DNA of 64,000 nt. Origin: Verrucomicrobiia bacterium (GTDB lineage: Bacteria > Verrucomicrobiota > Verrucomicrobiia > Limisphaerales > DASXHY01). This document shows positions 57,756 through 64,000 of the stretch, piece after piece. The DNA is taken from positions 9,851 through 73,850 of the forward strand of contig DASTXC010000082.1 in NCBI GenBank assembly GCA_035765675.1, read 5' to 3'. How positions within the stretch are numbered: the first letter of the stretch is position 1; every line of letters starts with the position of its first letter. The translations under genes and the position numbers were made by a program. The notes under the pieces are model-generated. The model ran no database searches, was not told the origin of the DNA, and was given only the letters and a program-made list of their open reading frames with translations.

Positions 57756-60341
57756 ATGCCGAGAAAATCTGCTGCTGGCTCAATGAATTCCAGACGCGTT
57801 GCCTGTGCCGCCCTGTGGAATCTCATTTTTCTGACCGTGTGGCTCGGAAACGCTGGTTCTCTTTGGGCCAACGAATCAGGAACCATTTCTCAGGATGAAA
57901 AACAGAAATGCATCACACTCACGGACGGGCAGGGGCAATTGACGTTGCGCCTGAATTACGACGGCCGCTGCGTGTTGGACCAGATCGTTGTGCGCGGTCG
58001 TGAAGTCGCTGCTGATTGCGGCGCGGCTACTGGCATTTGCATTAACAATCAATGGAATACGACCGCGACTGGAACGGAATCGCTGCGCATTTCGATTCGG
58101 AAAAATACGCTGACCGTTTCGGGAATTCGCCTTGGCGAAAAGGACAATGCGGTTGAAGAAAGCTGGAAGTTTACGACGCTGGCTGATCGCATTGTTTGGC
58201 GCATCACTCGGAAATATTCCCGCGCGACCACGCTCGATGATGTTGCCTTTCCGGAATGGAACTTCCGCACGATGTCCACGTGGACGGGCGGATTGCTCGA
58301 TAACGGCGGGGTCGTCTGGAACAAATATCTGGAAACGCCGAACGCCACTTACGGAGCGCATGCCGGCGGAGTGACGTTCTGGAATCGCGAGCACGGCGAT
58401 GGTCTGCGCATTGTTCCGAAGCTGGCGGAAGATCAATTCAGCGCCGTCCGTTTTTCGCATCAGACGAATGGCCAGTTTTCCTTTCACTTCAGCGTCAGCC
58501 CGCGCGAGTTGAAACCCAGGCACGATCTGAATCGCTTTTTGCCGAATCGACAGGATTTGTGGGCGCCGTTTTGGGTGGACGCAGGAAAGGTCAACGTTGA
58601 ATTCACGATACAGGCGTTGGATTACAACGTGGCTTACAACCGTGGAACATTTGCGGAATTGAACGGCGACAGCATTCGCGAGCTGCTGAACACGGTGGCG
58701 CGTTACGGTGTGATTGACGCGAAGCTGACCGGTGGCAACGGCTGGCGTTCAGGTTACATCTGTCTGCACGAACAATGGTTCGGACAGATCGGCGCGGCGT
58801 TGGCGGACGCGGATTACATCGCGAATTATTCCAAAACGCTGGACCATTATCGCGACCACGCGATTGAAACGGATGGCCGTGTCAAATCGCGCTGGACGTA
58901 CAATGCCGGCGACGCGCTGCCCGGCTCATTCGACACGAATGGTTTCTATGAAGCGCAGTGGGGTTACCTCCTGGATTCGCAGCCTGACTACGTGCTGAAC
59001 GTGGCGGAGCAATTTGATTTGACGGGTGATCGGGAATGGCTGGCGGGACAAAAGCTCGCTTGCGAAAAGGCCTTGAATTATCTGATGCGCCGGGAAGTCG
59101 GGAACAGCGGATTGGTCGCAATGATGACCGATTCCTGCAAGCAATCCCGCGGCAGTGATTGGATCGACGTCATCTGGGCTTCTTACGAAAACGCGCTGGT
59201 AAATGCGGAGCTGTATCACGCTTTGATTCTCTGGGCGGATGCGGAAGAAACTTTGGGCGACGCGAATCAGGCGACGGTTTACCGCGATTTCGCGGCGCGT
59301 CTGAAAACCACATTCAATAAACCGATCAGCGAAGGCGGTTTCTGGAATCCGACAAATCAATGGTATGTCTATTGGCGCGACAAGGATGGTTCCATTCACG
59401 GCGACAATCTCGTGACGCCGGTGAACTTTACCGCAATTGCCTACGGCCTTTGCGATGACGCCGGGCGGAAGAAAGCAATTCTCGATCGCATGGAAACCGA
59501 GATGCGGAAAGAGAATCTATTTTTCTGGCCGCTCAACTTTTTTCCGTATCAGCCCGAGGAAGGCATGCATCGGAATTTCCCGTTTCCGAACTACGAGAAC
59601 GGCGACTTGTTTTTGTCGTGGGGCGAAGTCGCGGTTCGCGCTTACGCTGCTTACGATCCGAACCTCGCGCTGAAGTACATCAAGAACACACTGGAGCGAT
59701 ACGAAGCCGATGGTTTGTCCTATCAGCGGTACCTTCGAAAGGATCAACGCGGCGAAGGCGATGACATTCTCGCGGGCAACTGCATGCCGATTGTGGGTTT
59801 GTATCGCGACATTTATGGCGTCCAACCGAAACCCAACCGGCTTTATCTGGAGCCACATCTGACGCCGGAACTCAACGGCACGAAACTGCGCTATCCGTTG
59901 CGCGGACAGCTTTATGAAATTGATCTGAGCACCGAGGGTTGCGTCGTGACGGCTGGTGCGTGCACGTTGCGCGATTCAATGCCGTTCGCGATCAACGCGA
60001 CGGAGAACGGTTTGGAATATTTCCCGCGCACGAATAAAAACTGGGCGATGTCAATTTCGCGGCCGGAGGCGAAAGCGTTGACCGTTGAGATTCAGAGCTG
60101 GCCGGACGATCCCGATTTGCCGCGTCGCTGGACGGAAACTTCATCGCAGAGCAAAGGAGCAACGCAGCATATCGTCGCGGGATTGCGTCCTCGGGCGCGT
60201 TACCAATTGAAAGCGAATGGCGAAACGATTGATTCCTTGCGCTCTGACAAAAACGGACGCGTTCGCTTCACGAGCCGACAAAACAACTCTGCAACCCAGA
60301 CGTTCGAACTCAGTCTGACGCCGCTCGATACAAACTCCTGA
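57756..60341 (+). CDS. secreted six-hairpin ((alpha/alpha)6) glycosidase-like protein, family unassigned
   Basis: The ATG at 57756 gives the signal MPRKSAAGSMNSRRVACAALWNLIFLTVWLGNAGSLWA. The central region DWIDVIWASYENALVNAELYHALILWADAEETLGD..ATVYRDFAARLKTTFNK..FWNPTNQWYVYW..VNFTAIAYGLCDD resembles the helical-hairpin catalytic domains of GH78-like or GH63-like enzymes. The fold is inferred by eye only. Confidence 0.6.
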   Translation: MPRKSAAGSMNSRRVACAALWNLIFLTVWLGNAGSLWANESGTISQDEKQKCITLTDGQGQLTLRLNYDGRCVLDQIVVRGREVAADCGAATGICINNQWNTTATGTESLRISIRKNTLTVSGIRLGEKDNAVEESWKFTTLADRIVWRITRKYSRATTLDDVAFPEWNFRTMSTWTGGLLDNGGVVWNKYLETPNATYGAHAGGVTFWNREHGDGLRIVPKLAEDQFSAVRFSHQTNGQFSFHFSVSPRELKPRHDLNRFLPNRQDLWAPFWVDAGKVNVEFTIQALDYNVAYNRGTFAELNGDSIRELLNTVARYGVIDAKLTGGNGWRSGYICLHEQWFGQIGAALADADYIANYSKTLDHYRDHAIETDGRVKSRWTYNAGDALPGSFDTNGFYEAQWGYLLDSQPDYVLNVAEQFDLTGDREWLAGQKLACEKALNYLMRREVGNSGLVAMMTDSCKQSRGSDWIDVIWASYENALVNAELYHALILWADAEETLGDANQATVYRDFAARLKTTFNKPISEGGFWNPTNQWYVYWRDKDGSIHGDNLVTPVNFTAIAYGLCDDAGRKKAILDRMETEMRKENLFFWPLNFFPYQPEEGMHRNFPFPNYENGDLFLSWGEVAVRAYAAYDPNLALKYIKNTLERYEADGLSYQRYLRKDQRGEGDDILAGNCMPIVGLYRDIYGVQPKPNRLYLEPHLTPELNGTKLRYPLRGQLYEIDLSTEGCVVTAGACTLRDSMPFAINATENGLEYFPRTNKNWAMSISRPEAKALTVEIQSWPDDPDLPRRWTETSSQSKGATQHIVAGLRPRARYQLKANGETIDSLRSDKNGRVRFTSRQNNSATQTFELSLTPLDTNS

Positions 60342-60364
60342 ATCGATTTTTTATTCAAATCAAA

Positions 60365-63300
60365 ATGACAAAATTATCCCGCTGCTTATTTGCCTTCACC
60401 GCTCTGTGCGCTGCCCTGGCTTCCGCGACCGCTGCTCCTTTGGAAGACGGATTTTCCAATCCGCCCGACTCCGCCAAACCACAAACCTGGTGGCATTGGA
60501 TGAACGGCAACATTACCAAAGCCGGCATCACCGCTGATTTGGAAGCGATGAAAGAGATCGGTCTCGGAGGCGCGACGATTGTGAATGTGGATTGCGAAAT
60601 TCCGCCCGGCGACGTGCCGTTCATGAGCGCGGAGTGGCGCGAGTGTTTCAAGTTTGCGGTGCAGGAGGCGGATCGCTTGGGACTTAAACTCTCGGTTGAG
60701 AATTGCGCCGGTTGGTCCAGCAGCGGCGGTCCGTGGAACACGCCGGCCAACGCGATGCAACAGTTGACCTCCAGCGAGACTCATTGCCATGGGCCAGCGG
60801 TCTTTGATGCTGTTTTGCCGCAGCCGAAAATGAGGCTCGATTTTTATCGCGACATCGCGGTGCTGGCGTTCAAGTCGCCGGGACCGACTGAAAACATTCC
60901 GGGCGACGCTTCAAGTGCGAAAGGGAAATTGGAAATTCAACGCGCGGTTTACGGTACGGACGGGGGCGGGTGGGCGGATGTAAAAGATCGATTGCTCAAG
61001 ATGATCGAGCGCGGCCAGGAATCCGTCATTGTCAGCAACAGCGAAATGGGCGGCGATCCGGCGCAGGGCATGGTGAAGCAACTGCGGCTTGAATTCACGC
61101 TCAACGGAAAACCCAGCGTGCTGACTGCGGACGAAAATGAAGCGCTCATTTTTCCTGTCAGCGAACGTCAATTGGCCGCAGCGCGATTGATTGAAAAAAC
61201 ATCCGTGAATCGCACCTTCTTCGATCCGCCTCCCGCGAAAGGAAAATCAACCGAGCCCATTCCGCGGGAGGGCGTTCTGGATTTGACTGCGAAACTCAGT
61301 GACGACGGACATCTTCGCTGGGATGTGCCCGCTGGCGATTGGACTGTTCTGCGGATTGGTTACACGCCGATCGGCAGGAACAATCATCCCGCGCCCGTCG
61401 AAGGCACCGGTTTGGAATGCGACAAGATGAGCAAGGAAGCGCTCGACGCGCATTGGGAGGGCTTCATGCAAAAGGTGCTGAATGACATCGGGCCGCTCGC
61501 CGGCAAGGCGCTCGATACATCATTGATCGATAGTTACGAAGTCGGCGGACAGGACTGGACGCCGAAGTTTCGCGAGGAATTTCAAAAGCGGCGCGGCTAC
61601 GATCCGTTGAAATTTCTCCCGACGTTCACGCGGCGAGTCATTGAAAGCCCGGAAGTCACCGAACGCTTTCTTTGGGACATGCGCCGGACAGTTGCCGATT
61701 TGTTTGCTGATAATTACTTCCGCCATTTCGCCGAACTCTGTCGCGAACACGGTTTGCTGAATGCGATAGAACCGTACACCGGGCCATTCGAATCGATGCA
61801 ATCCGGCGCACCCGCGGACGTGGTCATGGGCGAGTTCTGGAGCGGCAGTTCAGGGCATTCATCCATCAAGCTCGCTGCATCCATCGCGCATGTTTACGGC
61901 AAAAGCGTCGTCGCCGCGGAATCATTTACAGCCGCACCGGGACCGCATACCGGACGTTGGCTGGAAGATCCGTATTCGCTGAAACCGCTGGGCGACCTGA
62001 TGTTTTGCCAGGGATTGAATCGCTACATTTTTCATCGTTACGCGATGCAGCCGTGGACGAATCGCTGGCCGGGCATGACGATGGGCCAATGGGGATTTCA
62101 TTTCGAGCGCACCGAGACGTGGTGGGATCAGGGAAAAGCGTGGATCGATTACATTTCGCGCTGCCAGTTTCTCCTGCAACAAGGGCGTGCTGTCGCGGAC
62201 GTCGCTTATTTTACCGGTGAAAGCGCGCCGGTGGAAATGCGCATCGGCCATCCGGAAATTCCGGCAGGTTACGATTACGATGCGGTGAATGCTGACGTTC
62301 TATTGCACGGAGCGACCGTGAAGAATGGCCGGGTGACTCTGGCCAGCGGCGCGAATTACGCCGTGCTGGTGCTGCCGCAAAACGATATCAACATGACGCC
62401 GCCGGTGTTGCAACGCGTGCGCGAGCTCGTTCGTGCTGGAGCCACTGTGGTCGGGCCGCGGCCGCAACATTCTCCGAGCCTCGCCGGTTTTCCGGAGTGC
62501 GACGTTCAGGTGAATGAATTGGCGCAAGAACTCTGGGGCAAATCCAACGGAACGACCGTGCGGGAAAATTCCGTTGGCAAAGGCCGGATTGTCTGGGGCC
62601 AATCGTTGACCAACGTTTTCGCTGCGCAACGGTTGCCGCGTGATTTTGAATTTCCCAACGCCGATCGCGAAACGCGTTTGGCATACACGCATCGCGTCAC
62701 TCAGGACGCGGATATTTACTTTGTTTCAAATCAACGGCGGCAGTTCGATTCCGCTGATTGCACGTTTCGCGTCGCGGGCAAAATTCCGGAACTCTGGCAT
62801 CCCGAGACGGGCGTGATCGAAACTGCGGCGATCTGGAAATCAGAAAACGGTCGCACCACGGTGACGCTGAACTTTGAGCCCGCGGAATCGGTGTTCGTGA
62901 TTTTCCGCAAATCCGCAGCCGATGCCGATCACGTTGTCGCTGCCCATGGACAATTTGTCCGGGAAACTTCGAATTCGCCGAAGCTGAAAATTCAGCGCGC
63001 GATTTACGTCGCGACGGACGGCGCGGGCCAAATGGATGTCACCGCCAAAGTTGCTCAACGACTCGCGGCTGGCGACGCGATCATTGCCGACAATGATTTG
63101 GCGGGACGCGATCCAGCGGAATTTCACACCAAGGAACTGCGGGTTGATTACACATTGGATGGCAAAGCGGGTCACGTGGTCGCGGTTGAAAAATCCAAGC
63201 TCAGATTGCCGACGATGACGACGGTTGGATCCATTCCGAAGTGGGAAGTAGTGACGACTGCGGAAGCGCCGACGGTGAAAACCTGGAGAAACGGAGACGT

Positions 63301-63937
63301 GCAATTGCGAATGGCGAGCGGAAAAACGTTGCACGCAGTGGCGACGAATTTGCCCGCGCCACAGGAAATCCCGGGCGCCTGGGATTTACATTTCCCGCCG
63401 AACTGGGGCGCGCCGAAATTGCTTCGTCTGAACAAGCTGATTTCGTGGAGCGATCATGCGGAATCGGGCGTGCGTTATTTCTCGGGAACTGCGACTTACG
63501 AAAAGGAAATTGAGATTCCTGCCGAACGCTTGAGCTCAGGTCGCGAACTCTGGCTGGACCTGGGCGATGTGAAGAACTTCGCGGAAGTTTCATTGAATGG
63601 AAAAGACCTGGGCGTGCTTTGGAAACCGCCGTTTCAAGTGAACGTTTCTGCCGCAGCGAAACCGGGCGCGAATCGTTTGGTGGTGAAGGTTACGAACCTC
63701 TGGCCGAATCGATTGATTGGCGACGAGCAGTTGCCGCCGGATTGCGAATGGAACGGTTCTGAACTCAAGGCCTGGCCGCAATGGCTGTTGGACGGCAAGC
63801 CGAGTCCGACTGGACGCCTGACATTTACGACGTGGCATCACTGGTCGAAAAATTCGCCATTGCTGGAATCCGGCCTGCTCGGTCCGGTCATGCTGAGAAC
63901 CGCCCAAGTAATCGTTCCTATTCAGGCGAGCCATTGA
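60365..63937 (+). CDS. large glycoside hydrolase, GH106-like, paralog 3 (carries two copies of the small YG..DVT domain)
   Basis: Signal MTKLSRCLFAFTALCAALASATA. FSNPPDSAKPQTWWHWMNGNITKAGITADLEAMKEIGLGGATIVNVD.. C-terminal YFSGTATYEKEIEIP..WLDLGDVKNFAEVSLNGKDLGVLWKPPFQVNVSAAAKPGANRLVVKVTNLWPNRLIGD. Confidence 0.7.
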   Translation: MTKLSRCLFAFTALCAALASATAAPLEDGFSNPPDSAKPQTWWHWMNGNITKAGITADLEAMKEIGLGGATIVNVDCEIPPGDVPFMSAEWRECFKFAVQEADRLGLKLSVENCAGWSSSGGPWNTPANAMQQLTSSETHCHGPAVFDAVLPQPKMRLDFYRDIAVLAFKSPGPTENIPGDASSAKGKLEIQRAVYGTDGGGWADVKDRLLKMIERGQESVIVSNSEMGGDPAQGMVKQLRLEFTLNGKPSVLTADENEALIFPVSERQLAAARLIEKTSVNRTFFDPPPAKGKSTEPIPREGVLDLTAKLSDDGHLRWDVPAGDWTVLRIGYTPIGRNNHPAPVEGTGLECDKMSKEALDAHWEGFMQKVLNDIGPLAGKALDTSLIDSYEVGGQDWTPKFREEFQKRRGYDPLKFLPTFTRRVIESPEVTERFLWDMRRTVADLFADNYFRHFAELCREHGLLNAIEPYTGPFESMQSGAPADVVMGEFWSGSSGHSSIKLAASIAHVYGKSVVAAESFTAAPGPHTGRWLEDPYSLKPLGDLMFCQGLNRYIFHRYAMQPWTNRWPGMTMGQWGFHFERTETWWDQGKAWIDYISRCQFLLQQGRAVADVAYFTGESAPVEMRIGHPEIPAGYDYDAVNADVLLHGATVKNGRVTLASGANYAVLVLPQNDINMTPPVLQRVRELVRAGATVVGPRPQHSPSLAGFPECDVQVNELAQELWGKSNGTTVRENSVGKGRIVWGQSLTNVFAAQRLPRDFEFPNADRETRLAYTHRVTQDADIYFVSNQRRQFDSADCTFRVAGKIPELWHPETGVIETAAIWKSENGRTTVTLNFEPAESVFVIFRKSAADADHVVAAHGQFVRETSNSPKLKIQRAIYVATDGAGQMDVTAKVAQRLAAGDAIIADNDLAGRDPAEFHTKELRVDYTLDGKAGHVVAVEKSKLRLPTMTTVGSIPKWEVVTTAEAPTVKTWRNGDVQLRMASGKTLHAVATNLPAPQEIPGAWDLHFPPNWGAPKLLRLNKLISWSDHAESGVRYFSGTATYEKEIEIPAERLSSGRELWLDLGDVKNFAEVSLNGKDLGVLWKPPFQVNVSAAAKPGANRLVVKVTNLWPNRLIGDEQLPPDCEWNGSELKAWPQWLLDGKPSPTGRLTFTTWHHWSKNSPLLESGLLGPVMLRTAQVIVPIQASH

Positions 63938-64000
63938 ATTGTTTGAAGTCGTTCAATTGCTAAAGCGATAGTACGAATTGGCGAACGTTCATTCGTAACG

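Noticed and set aside
63972-63997. Inverted repeat TACGAAT-N12-ATTCGTA 35 nt after the last GH106-like stop, considered as the terminator of the array
   Set aside because: The stem is 7 bp and AT-rich with a 12-nt loop. The window ends at 64000, so any T-tract or a stronger downstream structure cannot be seen.

Overview
This 64-kb chromosomal segment most likely comes from a PVC-superphylum bacterium, probably Verrucomicrobiota-like. The taxonomic hints are an H-X9-DG pseudopilin, LTD-CotH giant proteins, and many Ig-like secreted multidomain proteins.

**Positions 1-29.3 kb** are mixed:
- A GH78 rhamnosidase truncated by the window edge. It is missing from the ORF track; I recovered it by hand translation.
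- A first LTD-CotH giant protein and an MFS transporter.
- A signalling cluster: TonB-dependent receptor, YfiR, CHASE8 kinase, hybrid kinase and response regulator.
- rpsB-tsf with a clean terminator.
- A glycolipid/lipid gene pair, a P450 and gdhA.
- A divergent NsrR/RIC pair with a candidate operator.
- A second, complete GH78.
- A NarL-type two-component system.

**Positions 29.5-63.9 kb** form one co-directional 10-gene array with gaps of -4 to 179 nt. It encodes:
- Five giant secreted proteins that share an unassigned ~190-aa beta-sandwich-like module (11 copies) and a ~60-70-aa C-terminal domain ending [FY][FY]R[VLI].
- Different heads on those proteins: none, LTD-CotH, a Cys-rich TIM-barrel-like domain, tandem SGNH esterases, and a metzincin.
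- Three GH106-like putative rhamnosidases, a six-hairpin glycosidase-like protein and one pseudopilin, interleaved with the giants.

This array is my candidate for an undescribed surface glycan or glycoprotein capture and degradation system.

I recognised no rRNA, tRNA, CRISPR array, transposase or integrase. All calls rest on reading the translations by eye. Domain boundaries are approximate (about +/-15 nt), and family assignments come from memory of motifs, not from searches.
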